NCBI GenBank assembly: GCA_977018835.1
Contig: OZ361261.1
Location: forward strand, 2,294,001 to 2,358,000
Source: Minutocellus sp. GHC0000111
Lineage: Eukaryota
Direction: 5' to 3'
DNA: 64,000 nucleotides
This document shows positions 38,401-50,361 of this stretch, in pieces; position 1 is the first letter of the stretch; each line of letters opens with the position of its first letter. The position numbers and the translations under genes are program-made. The notes beneath the pieces are model-generated. The model was not told where the DNA came from. It ran no database searches and saw only the letters and a program-made list of their open reading frames with translations.

Positions 38401-40428
38401 TCGTCAGAGTCCTCTGCAACGTCATCAACCTCCTCGAAGATCTTGTCAGGCCCACTGGCACCCGTCGCAGCACGGATGTATTCCTCTTGTTTCCACTCAA
38501 CGACTCTAGCTTCAAAGTCCTCTATCGATTTGTCAACGTATTTCTTTTGCTCTGCGACGTTCAGTTTGATCCACATCGCTGCCCCCTCCTTGGCCACAAG
38601 GGCGTTCCTCTCGTATCCTCGCCTCATGGATCTGAACGAACGATAGCGTTTTATCATGTGCTTTTCGATTCGTTGACGATTTTCCGCAAGAAATAGAAAG
38701 AAAGCCGGGGTCGCACCTGCGGGCCTTTCATTCTCAGAAGCAAAGATTGAGGTCATAGCATCGCCAATATCTTCACCATTTTCATCTTTATCATCGAAGT
38801 CTCCATCATATTCTCCTCCCTGAAGAGCATCATAATCTTCAAAGTCACTATCTTTGTCCTTGCTTCGTCTCTTCCGTTCCTCTTCATCGGCTTCATCATG
38901 GAGCATTTCAGTAAGTTCCTTGATTCGTTTCCTTTCTTCCTTTTCTTCTTCTGTTATTTTGGGTCTTCTAGGGGCCTTCTTAATGCTGGGAGGCGAGTCC
39001 ATTACATCGAGAGTCTTCTTTGGACTCTGTCCACGGCCACCTCTCCCGCCTCTTCCACCCCGTCCTCTTCCTCTGCCCCTTCCTCGTCCACCAGCCCTCG
39101 CATCCCTGCCGGGAGACGGGGGTACTGACTTATCCTCAGTAGCATCACTTATACTGCGCTTGCGTTTATTTCGGCGCCCTGAGTCTGATGCAAGCGATAC
39201 GGTACTATCAGCTCTTGTTCTTCCACCGTGATCTTTCCTAAAGCATTCTGGGCAATACCAGGGGTCTTCATCTGCCTCTAGGCTGCTACGACTAAAACCC
39301 TGAGGAACACAGGTAGGGTGATAAACACTCGGGCATCCATCACAACATACGACATCGCCCACATCCCGGCAAACGTTGCAGTAGTAGAGGTTGCCGTCAT
39401 CTCCCATGAACGGCTGGACCACAGGAAGCTCTTCTCCTCTTCCCCTGCCACCACGTCCTCGGCCTCTACCACCACGCCCCCTGCCGCGCCCACCTGCAAT
39501 TAGAATGAATAGTCGAGAAAGTGCAATTGGAGTGATCCTGATGAGCTAACTACAGCTGTACGCACTGCCAAGCAAACAACACTTGAAATAAATCCCGGGT
39601 ACTCACGTCCTCCCCGACCTCCTCTTCCACGCACACCGCGGCCACCAAGACGAGAAGGAGAAGCTCCTAGAAGCGACGGACTACTCGTCTGGAGGCTTCC
39701 TCCTTCAATTCGGATGATTACCTTGATTTGCTTGCCGCCCCAGCCCATATTCGCAAGTAGTGGCGGCAGGCCAGTATCTTCCAACGAAGTCTTTTGCTGT
39801 GTCCGACGAGGATATCGCTTTTCGGCCCCATCGTCGTCTTCACTGTCCTCATTCTTACTTTCATCGCCATCATTCTTGGTACTTTCGCCAAGTGTAAGGC
39901 CACTCTTCATTTCCGGAACGTCTTGTTGGGTAGTCAGGGTAGTATCAGGGCCAACAGCAGTACCTTCGGCTACCGAAAGAGTCTCTCCGGCGTCTTGGTT
40001 GGTCTCGTCCATTTCGTTCATGTCAACATCTTTCGCAGCAAGGACGAGAAATGGCAAAGGAATATATTGAATGAGGATGAGTTGATTATTTAGTATCTTT
40101 GTTCTCACAACCATCGAAACATAAGTGGAGTCATGCGTGACTTACCCAAACTGCTATTGCTGCCGTCGTTATTATTGTTGGCGCCTAAAAGATCTTCCGA
40201 CGACTCTTCGCTATCAGATGTTGCGTGCTCGAGGTTGGGATTGTCGCTGATGCTGGTTTTCCCAGCCACGCCAGCAGGACGAGGGGGCAGACGAAGAAGC
40301 AATCCTCTCCCACCGCGACCGGACCTCCCCCTGCCGCCTCTCCCCCCGGCGGACCGACCACTTCGACCACTGCCCGCCGCCGGTGGCGGCCGTCCGGGCC
40401 CACGTCGCTTGGCCGGGATGGGGGGCAT
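35499..40428 (-). CDS. Histone-lysine methyltransferase (SET1/trithorax-like SET) with PHD, HMG-box-like and bromodomain
   Basis: Exons 40428-40146, ~40029-39607 and 39493-35499, with consistent phases. PHD CNVC...CCDGCP.VYH..C...WYCPEC; bromodomain FAEPV...Y..VVKRPID...NALVFN; SET HGWGLYA...YINHSCEPN...ELTYDY; post-SET CQCGSTNC. Confidence 0.88.
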
Positions 40429-41222
40429 GCTGAGATGATTGCCACGGAAGATGTTAATGAGTTGGTATTCTTCAAATAAAATATTGTATCGGGGCAGCTC
40501 AGTGATGGTTACAGACGAATGAACAACGCGACCGGATCCGCGGAAACTACTTAGTAGTGTGCACGAATTCTTCTCTTTTCTTCAAAATACGTAGTTGGGA
40601 GTTTTATGAGATGCGTCGGGACGATATTGCTACCTGAGCTGGACCAATATTTAGCATAAATTTGGGTTAGCGATTGGACCTATCGCTCAAGACCAATGGG
40701 GATAACAGATGATGGAACGTCCAGAAGTCCGACGCACCCAACGCACTACAGCGAGCCAAAATGTGAGTGCGGGTTTTCACACAGAGGCCTTATGTTGTGT
40801 TCGGCAAGAAGTTGCTCTCAGCGAAACGTTGAATCAGAACAATGTGAGTAATATATTAACGCCAATAATTATGTGGATACCTCCGTCATAAAGTTGGAGG
40901 AAAGCTTCGCGATTGCTGCTCGAAGAACTTGCTTGGGGGCAGGCCACGTTGCTTGTTTCCAGCAAAAAAGATCGGGGCGGTGGTTTCCTAAAGGCTTAAA
41001 ATGTTTTCTGTGTATTTGATGATGCATGCTGGCATAGTCTCGACTTTCTGGACACTTTCCTTGCGTGGGACGACCAATCGACTCAATCGACTAAATTCTG
41101 GTCATCCATGATAATAGTACCAAATTGGTACATGTATGGCAATGCGGCGCGAGAGCAGCGAGAGCAGCAAGACGACACCGACGAATACCGGTACAAAAGA
41201 TACCGCCTTCATTTTGCCACTT

Positions 41223-41333
41223 CCAATCTACGTAGTTTAAATTGACTATAATAAAAATTCCCAACACTTCTTCAGCCAATCTACGTAGTTTAAATTGACT
41301 ATGATAAAAATTCCCAACACTTCTTCAGCTAAT
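41223..41333 (+). repeat. 53-bp tandem duplication in the ATG3 3' region
   Basis: 41223-41275 and 41276-41328 differ at a single site (TATAAT vs TATGAT). Confidence 0.93.
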
Positions 41334-41339
41334 GAAAAA

Positions 41340-42619
41340 TCACTTTTTGGCCGTGGAAGCCGTGACCGATTGCGTGAAATCATATGTGATTGTTGGGATG
41401 ATGGAACTGACGAATTTGAGAAAGATGAACAGATACATTTCAATGCTTGGCGCCTTGACTGTGCCGGAATCTCCACCCTCGGTAACATCCGTAGACGTTG
41501 ACGACGATGCCATTAAATTGCGAACAATGGTCTTCATCACAGCACCATGCTGACAGGGGTGGATGGAAGCGTGCGGTCCCGAAACATGCGGATGGGTTTC
41601 AATCGTAACCGTCCGGTTCGCATAGTCCGACATGACGTCCTGCATCATCTCCTCACCCGTCAGGGGTTGGTTGGAATCGGCCGAATATCCCATCATCCAC
41701 ACACGGGGAGTCTGATAATACTTGTCGTAGGTGATACTAAGATCGTAAGTGCGCACCTTGCGAATGTTGTCCTCCGTCGATGCCGATGATGTCGTCGCCG
41801 CCGGAGCAGCGTGGACGGCGGCCTCATCCTCCAGTACATTGTCGTCCTCAAAGTCGGCCATATCTGCATATTCGTCCTCATCTTCCTCCTCTGCAGCAGC
41901 ATCTGCTGCCTTCTTATCCTCGCCAACTTGAACCGCCGCCATCTTCTCCTGAACATCATCCAGAATCTCTCCTTCATCGTCGAGGATGTCGAATCCATCC
42001 TCCAATTCCTTCTCACGAATCTGCGCCTGCTCTTCGGCCGAAACAATCCGCGATACGAGCCAGTCTTCACCATCACACTCGTCGTCGATATGAGCGGTGC
42101 CGTCTGCCCCATCACCTCCCGTGGCGATGGAATTCTCGAGTGCCGAAACGCGGGTTGGACAGGGGACGTTGCGGGTAATCAGGTACTTAAAGGTCGCAAT
42201 ATGCGCATGCATGCGTTGATCAATATGTTAGAACATGATATGAATGTATTGGGCGTGTTATGCAGAGGTCGGTCGCAAGACACCAATTCAAGCACGTATC
42301 GTGCATGCATGCAATGACGTGTGCGTCATGAGAATTCTCATGCATCAAATTGTACGATAGCATTGCAGCACGCATGGCGAATCTTCCATAATTGCAGAAC
42401 CAACCACACAGACCAACAAAACTCACCTGCTTATCGGGAGGGAGGTAGCTCTTGGCCTTCTTGGGATCACCGCCCTCCCAGCTCCAAGTTGGGCACTTGT
42501 AGACCAATTCGTCACCGGGCAACGAATTCTTCCGGCGTCAGCACTCCACGGCTGAGGAAGGCCGACGACTTGAGAGTTGGGGTGGCCCATTCTCGGACGG
42601 ACTTGAGATACGATGTCAT
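41340..42619 (-). CDS. ATG3: Autophagy E2-like enzyme ATG3 (frameshift near 42518)
   Basis: Motifs [55 protein letters not shown] and FLKF..SIIPTI.YD. Intron 42426-42186. As given, exon 1 reads GTT GCC CGG TGA instead of V-A-A-G-D. Confidence 0.93.
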
Positions 42620-42934
42620 ATTCTAATATTGGTCAATGTGTGTAGAGTTGCTACGGTGGGTTTGTATGGACTGAGTCCCTTCAATTCCTCAAGATACGGG
42701 CAACGGTAGCAGAACATGTGACGTCCATGGCGCACCAATCTTTCTTTCGCAAGAAAATAAAATAGAGGCACTAATTTTTAATAGTTAGTGCCTGAATACT
42801 AAAACCATTCGAATGAGAGACCCGGAGTTAGTTTAGTAAGAGGTAGAAGTGATTTTCGCAAACGTCTTGCCGTCGTCAGCCCCTATCAAATTTCCCTCTC
42901 TCTCACTTTGTCTTATCCAGAGTAGTCAACAACA

Positions 42935-44052
42935 ATGGTGCGTTTCGTAGCGGCGGCAGACCCCAAGGATATGTGATGGATCAGATGGACTGTGGGAGAT
43001 GGACACAGTGCGCAGTACTGTGGCGCTGGTTCGGCCAGAGAGCGGCGGTTCGAGTTGCCGTGGCATCTTCCCGGCAAACAGCTCCAGTGCTTATCTGGTT
43101 ATGTGCCCATTCATGCATGAGGGGACCTGCTGCTGGGGATGGAGAGGCATGGAGGAATGGAGAGGCGATGGGAACAAGTGGATCAGTCGCAGCACTTCCC
43201 AGTCGCTGTGCTTGGTGCAGGCGCGGGTGCTTCGTCGCTGCTTCGTTCGGCTCCATGAGATTTCCGAGCAGGAGGATTCCTTCAGTTTCCATCTCGGGTT
43301 GTTGCTGTTGGTCTGGTTCAAAGTCCGGAATGGACAATGCTGGCTTCGAAGAGCAAGTGTTCCCCTATCACCACATACATTCACACCGAGCTTATATTCT
43401 CACCGTTATTCTTGTTGCACTCTGCACACCTTTTGCCAATTTTCAGGGTATCACACGCGAGGGAAGGCACAAGCGCCGCGAAACCGGCGGCCGCCGTGAG
43501 AAGTACCGCAAGAAGCGGAAGTTCGAAATGGGCCGCCCCGCCGCCATGACCAAGATCGGCGAGCGTCGCGTCCACACCGTCCGCGGCCGCGGCGGCAACC
43601 TCAAGTTCCGTGCCCTCCGCCTCGACTCCGGCAACTTCTCCTGGGGCACCGAGGTCTGCACCCGCAAGGTTCGTGTCCTCGACGTTACCTACAACGCCTC
43701 CAACAACGAGCTCGTCCGTACCAAGACCCTCGTCAAGGGAGCCATCATCCTCATCGATGCCCACCCCTTCAAGGAGTGGTACGAGGCCCACTACGGCCTC
43801 AAGATCGGTCTCAAGAAGGGCCAGTCCGCCGAGATCGAGGATGCCGGCAAGCAGTCCGACCACGTCAAGCGCAAGCTCGCCGCCCGGCAAAAGAACCGCA
43901 CCCTCGAGTCGACCCTCGACCACCAGTTCGGTTCCGGCCGTCTCCTCGCCGCCAAGATCACCAGCCGACCCGGCCAGTCCGTTCGCTGCGACGGCGTCGT
44001 CCTCGAGGGACCCGAGCTCCACTTCTACCAACGAATGATGGCCAAGAAATAA
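42935..44052 (+). CDS. RPS8: 40S ribosomal protein S8 (eS8)
   Basis: Exon 1 is the ATG only (42935-42937), intron 42938-43446. Exon 2 reads GITR..RHKRR.TGG...[12 protein letters not shown]...[16 protein letters not shown]. Confidence 0.96.
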
Positions 44053-44686
44053 ATTCCGTCACGGAACATGTGTATCTTCCTTGGTTATCCCCCCTCGTCG
44101 CCAGTTGATATAGAAAGTATAAGTAGTAAAAATAAAAACAGAACGAGAAAAAACATTGCATTTGGTGTAGTGCGGGACCAATCGTCTAGAGGGATGCAAT
44201 GTTTTTGTCTGATCGAGTTGTGATGAAAGCGTCAGCCAGTCATAATCTTTGCTTTTTCTCCTCAAATTTTTTGTGGGTCGAGAAATCCAGACAAATCGGG
44301 CGATCGGGTGATGCCGCGATCTAAATAGCACTTACGGCTTCATCAGGCTGATATTAAGGGTGCTGATGATATGCAATATTGCATGCAAGATGGTGGTCAG
44401 ATGGCGCCTGGCTTCCTCTTCCGCCCCCCGCTTGGCTCTGACGGCTGACCTTGCCCTACCGAAATTTTGGTGATGCACGATGACGTACCAGAAATGGGAC
44501 CCTTGCCGCCATTCATCATCGCATCGCGCATTTTCACGCCTCCCGCGCCCACAAAACCAAGGCACGTTGCGCCACCAACCGCTCGTCAACCCATTGAATG
44601 CATTGCAGAATACAACAATCGTTCCACAGAACCGATAACCACTTGACTTGACTACTTGCTGCCACACACAAACAAACACATTCATC

Positions 44687-45267
44687 ATGCCGAAGCCAAA
44701 AGGTAAGCTGCCCGAGGGCCCTCCACGTTCGTGTCCGTTGGTAGTGTGCTAGTAAATTCTGCGTATTGCAATGCAAATTCTTGCCGCCCACTCTCTTTCG
44801 TCAACAACATGTATCTCACTGCATTGGCCCTTTTCCCATACCACTAATTGAGCTATTCAGGAAAGGGAGGCAAGAACCGCCGCAGAGGAAAGGGAGACGG
44901 TGAGGAGACCAAGCGCGAGCTCGAGTTCAAGGAGGAGGGACAGGAGTACGCCCAGGTGGTCAAGATGCTTGGCAACGGCCGCTGCGAGCGCTTCTGCTTC
45001 GACGGTGTGACCCGCCTGGGCCACATCCGTGGAAAGATGCGCAAGAAGGTGTGGGTGACGGCTGGTGACATTGTCCTCGTTGGCAAGCGCGACTTCCAGG
45101 ACGAGAAGGTCGACATCATCCACAAGTACACCGCCGACGAGGCGCGTAACTTGAAGCAGTACGGAGAGCTGCCCGAGACGGCCAGGATCAACGAGACTGC
45201 CGTCGATCTGGCCATGACGGCCGAGGGAGAGGACGACGATATTGGTATTGACTTCGATGATATCTAA
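44687..45267 (+). CDS. EIF1A: Translation initiation factor 1A
   Basis: [16 protein letters not shown] with intron 44703-44860; motifs [15 protein letters not shown] and [11 protein letters not shown]. Confidence 0.97.
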
Positions 45268-45460
45268 AGTGGCTGATGTGGTAGTGGGAGTTGCGAGTAT
45301 GCATGCCAAGCTGATTTTCGGAATGAATTATTTTTTCGCTCGTGCATGTCTTGCACGGCTTGGCGCCAGTATACAACGTACTCCTAGATACACAAGAATA
45401 ATACTTAGAAGATGGCCACATAGACTAATCTTTGTATTGTTCTAGCTAGCTTTTAGGACT

Positions 45461-47602
45461 CTACATGTTATCGATGTTGATATCGACAGCATGGGGCACT
45501 TCAATGCCAAAAATTCTTCCATAAAAGGCCAATTCCGAATCAAGAGCATCCTCAATATTCTCGGCCTTGCGGAAACCATGCTGCTCTCCCTCGTAAAGTT
45601 TGATGCAGGTGGGGATTCCCTTCTTCAAGAGCGCCTGGTGCATGCTCTCAGCCTGGTTGGGAGGAACGACCTTGTCCTCGACACCCTGCAGAAGCAATAT
45701 TGGGCAGCTTAGAGTTTCAATGCTCTCGATGGGCGAGCGCTCTTTGTACAGTGCCTCTTCCTTGGGATACTCGCCGACGAGGCCATCGAGGTATCGACTT
45801 TCAAATTTGTGCGTATCGCCAGCCAGCATGCAAAGGTCGCCAATTCCGTATAGAGAAGTTCCAGCTGTAAAGGTGTCGCGGAAGGCAAGTGCGCCCAAAG
45901 TCGTGTATCCGCCGGCACTCCCGCCATCGATACAAAGTCTCTTGGGATCTGCCAGGCCCTGATCGACGAGATACTTGGCTCCGTTGCAAACGTCGTCAAC
46001 ATCAACAACGCCCCACGATCCTCTCAGCCTGCGACGGTAGTCACGACCATAGCCAGTGGAGCCGCCATAATCGACATCGAGGATTGCAAAGCCGCGACTG
46101 GTCCAATATTGAATGCCAGCGTTGAAACTCGTACCAGTACAAGACGTTGGCCCACCGTGGGCCTTGACAAGAAGGGGAGGGGCGTCGTCCGTGGTGCACT
46201 TGTACTTTCCATTGGTTGGAGGATAGTGATAGCCGAAAGCGGTGCCGAGAGTTGTGGGGAATTCGACCTGCTTGGGAATAGAAATAATATCATCATCGAA
46301 TTTGAGAGTGGAAGAGCAGGCAAGCTGCTTCGCCTCACCCTTGGTTTCGAGCGACCACTTGAATACGCTTGATGGGGTCGATGGGCTTCCTCCGATGAAA
46401 TACAGCTCATTGTCCTTGGACGAAACAACGCCGCCAAACATCATGGGCAAACCATCGGCTTCACCATACTCTTCAAAATCCTTAGCCTCATCACCGGACA
46501 CATCGGCAACGATGAGCCTAACCTTTCCATCAATTTTTGTGGTAGCATAGAGACGGCCATCCTCAAGGAATCCATATCCCTGCTGTCCAAGCATCCAGCC
46601 TGGCGAGGCACCACCAAAGTCGGTCTCCCAAGGGAGGATCGCTATCTTAGATCCGTTCGAATCCACCTTGTAAATGTTGTAACAACCAGTTTCATCCGAA
46701 ATATAAAAGAGCTCGCCGGTCTTTGGATGGAAGAGTGGCTGGATGATGGAGGTATCCCCATCTTCTCCAGCGACGAGGTCGTGAGACGAAGTGTCGGCCG
46801 ACACATTTTCACCACTGAGATCAACAACACGAAGCGACGACGAGTCCCAAGGCATGTTCGGATGCTGCCAAGTCACGTAGGCAAGCTTGGTTCCATCAGG
46901 AGACAGACGAGGATTGCTGTAGAAATCATTTCCAGTGGCTAAAACCTGGATTTCTTCCTCAACAGACGCACCGTTGGCATCCACCGATACGATTTCGTTT
47001 ACCACATCCTTGGGGGCAGGGATGGTATGGTCCTCGCGGACCATGATAAGACGAGACTTGTCGGCATCGTAGTATCCGTCAGCGAATCGATAACGACACC
47101 CCTCGCAATCCGGTGTGATTGGCGCTGGGTCGCTTCCATCGGCGGCGAGCTTCATAACCCGCTGGGTGCCAAATTCCGAGTAGAAGATTTCGCCATCTGC
47201 GCCGAGAGTGACTGCACCACCCCCATACTCGTGGACCCGGGTGCGTACGTTGCTGTCCTTTGGCGTCACATCGACGGCATTGCGCTCGGACTTATCGGGA
47301 GAGTCGGGATCGTATCGGCAAAGGGCATATCTGCCGCCCTCCTGAGGTCTGCCTTCCAGCCACAGCAAATTTCCTGCCGCATCGAGGTTCAGCCCACCGA
47401 TGCCAACACTACCCGCTGTGATTGCTTTGCTCGTGATGGGAGATTCCCATGCGCCGTAAGGCACGTCAAGCGCCGCTGTGGCGGTAGTGGCTGACTTCAT
47501 CACTAAACGCGACGCAGTGGTGGAATAAGATCTCGGAGCGACAAAGCCTCGTGATAGACGAATGCTGGTGGCGGCAACAACAGCGGCAACGGCCTTCGTC
47601 AT
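45461..47602 (-). CDS. S9 family (prolyl oligopeptidase/acylaminoacyl-like) peptidase, organelle-targeted
   Basis: Motifs PYGAWESPI, RTRVHEYGGG, HGGPT, GGSAGG nucleophile elbow, DKVVP and EQHGF. N-terminal presequence (SRG-FVAP). Confidence 0.93.
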   Translation of the reverse strand: MTKAVAAVVAATSIRLSRGFVAPRSYSTTASRLVMKSATTATAALDVPYGAWESPITSKAITAGSVGIGGLNLDAAGNLLWLEGRPQEGGRYALCRYDPDSPDKSERNAVDVTPKDSNVRTRVHEYGGGAVTLGADGEIFYSEFGTQRVMKLAADGSDPAPITPDCEGCRYRFADGYYDADKSRLIMVREDHTIPAPKDVVNEIVSVDANGASVEEEIQVLATGNDFYSNPRLSPDGTKLAYVTWQHPNMPWDSSSLRVVDLSGENVSADTSSHDLVAGEDGDTSIIQPLFHPKTGELFYISDETGCYNIYKVDSNGSKIAILPWETDFGGASPGWMLGQQGYGFLEDGRLYATTKIDGKVRLIVADVSGDEAKDFEEYGEADGLPMMFGGVVSSKDNELYFIGGSPSTPSSVFKWSLETKGEAKQLACSSTLKFDDDIISIPKQVEFPTTLGTAFGYHYPPTNGKYKCTTDDAPPLLVKAHGGPTSCTGTSFNAGIQYWTSRGFAILDVDYGGSTGYGRDYRRRLRGSWGVVDVDDVCNGAKYLVDQGLADPKRLCIDGGSAGGYTTLGALAFRDTFTAGTSLYGIGDLCMLAGDTHKFESRYLDGLVGEYPKEEALYKERSPIESIETLSCPILLLQGVEDKVVPPNQAESMHQALLKKGIPTCIKLYEGEQHGFRKAENIEDALDSELAFYGRIFGIEVPHAVDINIDNM

Positions 47603-47703
47603 CGGCGCCACGGCCGCAAACGAACCCGGAGTTTGATCGAGATGAGGGCAAAGAACTACGTACTAGCTAGTAGCTAGGCCTACGTAGAAGACTAATTAGG
47701 TAC

Positions 47704-47950
47704 ATGTAGGTTCACCTTTTCCTCAGGTAACTGAGCTTGGATGTTAGGCGGTGGTACACCGGACTAGGCGAAAGCAGGAACGGAACTCCAGTGTCCCGGC
47801 AACGGTCCGCAGTACGAGGGTACGGTGATAGGGTACCACACATTAAGCGAAGCTTCTTGGCTGGCGCGGAGGCCTTTGTGCGCCCTTGGATTGACTCCTA
47901 CATGTAAATAAGGTTAAACATAGAATAGAATAGAATGTAGGTTCACCTTT
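47704..47950 (+). mobile_element. 215-bp retroposed insertion (SINE or 5'-truncated non-LTR 3' end) with 16-bp target-site duplication
   Basis: ATGTAGGTTCACCTTT at 47704-47719 and 47935-47950. The insert ends in (TAGAA)3 and contains GNRA-capped hairpins. Confidence 0.78.
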
Positions 47951-48017
47951 CAGCGCTCCGAGATGAACAAACATTTCATTGGGAATTACAGTGGCCACCC
48001 ATGTAGACAATATTATT

Positions 48018-49626
48018 TTAACACTCTCTCATCTCAAAAGTTTCCCCTGGACAAATCTGTCTCACTTCCTCAATGGATTCCTTTATGTCTTCATCGTTCA
48101 GATTCACAGCTCTCTTGAGCATCATTTTGTATGTTTGGAACTCATGGCACATGGCTGTGCAAAGGTTCTTCCAGCCCAAAGCGCTGAGGGTGGAATTGCG
48201 AACAGGCAAATCTTTGTCTTTTGCCACATTGACATTCGCCCCTATCGATGCAGGCATTACGTCGCCGGCCAGAGTCTTCCCATCGCCTCCAACCATTTTG
48301 TCTATAACGCCCCAATCATAATCAAGATGCTCCACTCGCAAGACAAATACTTCGCTGTTAATATACTCCTTTTCAAGCATGGGCGCAAAATACCAGTCAT
48401 AGTTGAAGGCGTTGTGATAGCTTGCTGGAACTTCCCCCGTAATTGTAGCCCATGCCCAATCGGAGCACTCGTCCGCAGTCAGATCTGTGGCCACTCGGAG
48501 TATACTCTGCTTGGAACCAAATGGTGGCCGATTGCCGTTCAATCCAATCGAAGCTAAGTGATCAAAAGTATCGTAACAAGTTCCGAGCATTATGTTTCCA
48601 CAATGAGCCATCTTATTCCTGAAGCTTTTCTGAGTTTGTGGCTGGTTCAAAAAGTGTTCGTACAGGTACCACGACTTTATTCGATGGATGGGATTGCGCA
48701 CATTATACAGATAGGATCGGCCCTCTCCGTAGCACATGCCTTGGTAGTTGTAGTGTGAATAACAATCCACTTGTTGCGATATTGCTGTCTCATTGTATGA
48801 TTGCTCGTTGAAGTGACTCTTCTTGCAATGCTTAGGGTTAAACGCCATACTTCCTCGCTTCCCGGATGCTGCAGGAGACAGAGCTTCCACCCGCCTTGCC
48901 AACATGAATATAGGATATTTTTCTGTTCAAGTTTGTCATTGCTTTGGAATCGGAACGAGGAGGATCGTGATCCTCATCACGGCTATATTCATATTCGCCG
49001 ATTAGGTATTTTCTCTTTTCACGTCGACGCCAACCATGGTCAATGTACGCTCCCACATCTTCAAGATTGTAGTGAATGTACTCCCAATTCTTATAGAAAA
49101 ACTCTGGAAATTTGCAAGTTTCCTTACCAAAGCGTTTCTTGAGACCATCGATCAGTTGATGCCGTCTGATCTCCAAACCCTCGGGATGTTCTCTCTTGTT
49201 GACCAAAGGATCGGTTTTCTCTTCGTTTGCGTTGGTGTCAGCGCGAGCAGCACTGTCTTCATCAGTCTCTCTATTATTTCTGCCGTCCAGGGCGTCGCTT
49301 TTTCCGCCGTCTGCGTTGGTGTCAGCGCGAGCATCATTGTCTCCGTCAATATTGACGGTCTTTTTATTCCGAAGTGGGCGCCTTCCCGAACTCATTCCGT
49401 CGCCGTGTCCATCCCCCCCTTCGTTGGATGCAGCGCCCAGGTACGTCATTGCTGCCAGCATGGTAGTTTCGGCCGGGTCATTGTTCAGGACCAATGTCAT
49501 TACAAGAGCCAGTAGGGCAACGCACGCGAGCAAAACGACATACCAACGCCGCAATATGACTGTCAAGACATCAGAATTGCCCGCGCCACTGCCACCGCTC
49601 CCCCGGCGGTTGCTTATTGTCGGCAT
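48018..49626 (-). CDS. Type II membrane sulfotransferase-like protein (1-nt frameshift near 48840)
   Basis: Transmembrane segment; HVGKAGG (5'-PSB-like) and VRNPIHRIKSW (3'-PB-like). The ORFs join at YGV|NPKHC if one T is removed. Confidence 0.75.
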
Positions 49627-50361
49627 TGCTTCTGCGTATTCGTCGTTGAGGAGAGAACGCACAAATAAAAAAAGTGAAGAGCAGTACCAGTGGTACTGGA
49701 AGAGCTAAATAGAAAACTCTATCGATGAAATGTCACATGCGCATCTTCTATTGCATATGGTCTCTATCGGTGAATGTTACGGCCAGTAGCTCGGCCAATG
49801 CTCACTGCGCTGTGCAAGTAGTGCAACACTATGGCCGGCCGTTTCGGCCGATTTCTTGACCTAGCTGCACTGCTTGTTCTTTCGCTTTCCTTGAAACCGC
49901 TTGGAAAGACCGACGCCGTACAGACACGTTTGAACAAAATTTTTCCAACGCATCGCATCAGCATCTGTTCATTTCTGCTGCCTGTGAGGGAGCAAACAAG
50001 CAAAGAGGAGCTGCTCTTCCTCCATGATAACGACCCCCTTGCGCACCAATCACAAAATATCAATCGGGCACTTTTCTTTGCTTCCTCCTTGTGCTGATAC
50101 GGTTTGAATCGGGTCATTTTAACTCTCTCTGCAGACCCGAATTCCTGCCAAAAACTCCGTCGAATCTCGCGGCACAAACGACTCCTGCACCCAACTAACG
50201 AGGTTTGCTTAGTTCCAATATGAAGAGAGTAACATGTTGTGACTTGCCAGTCGCACTGCGATCGGCCAAGGTCCAGGATACGCCCGCGTCGGCAGGCAGC
50301 TACATCTGTTCGGTTACGGCCTGAGTTGTGCCGCATTGCTCCGCTTCCGCCACTGCGCCTG

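Noticed and set aside
42973..43446. 158-aa N-terminal extension of RPS8 in the ORF track (likewise the extensions of MFS, thioredoxin and DIM1)
   Set aside because: This is intron or UTR sequence that happens to be open; the canonical starts are identifiable.
47701..47906. Inverted repeat TACATGTAGG / CCTACATGTA as MITE termini
   Set aside because: It is mostly the self-palindromic TACATGTA motif that recurs in this window, and it does not match the boundaries set by the 16-bp duplication.
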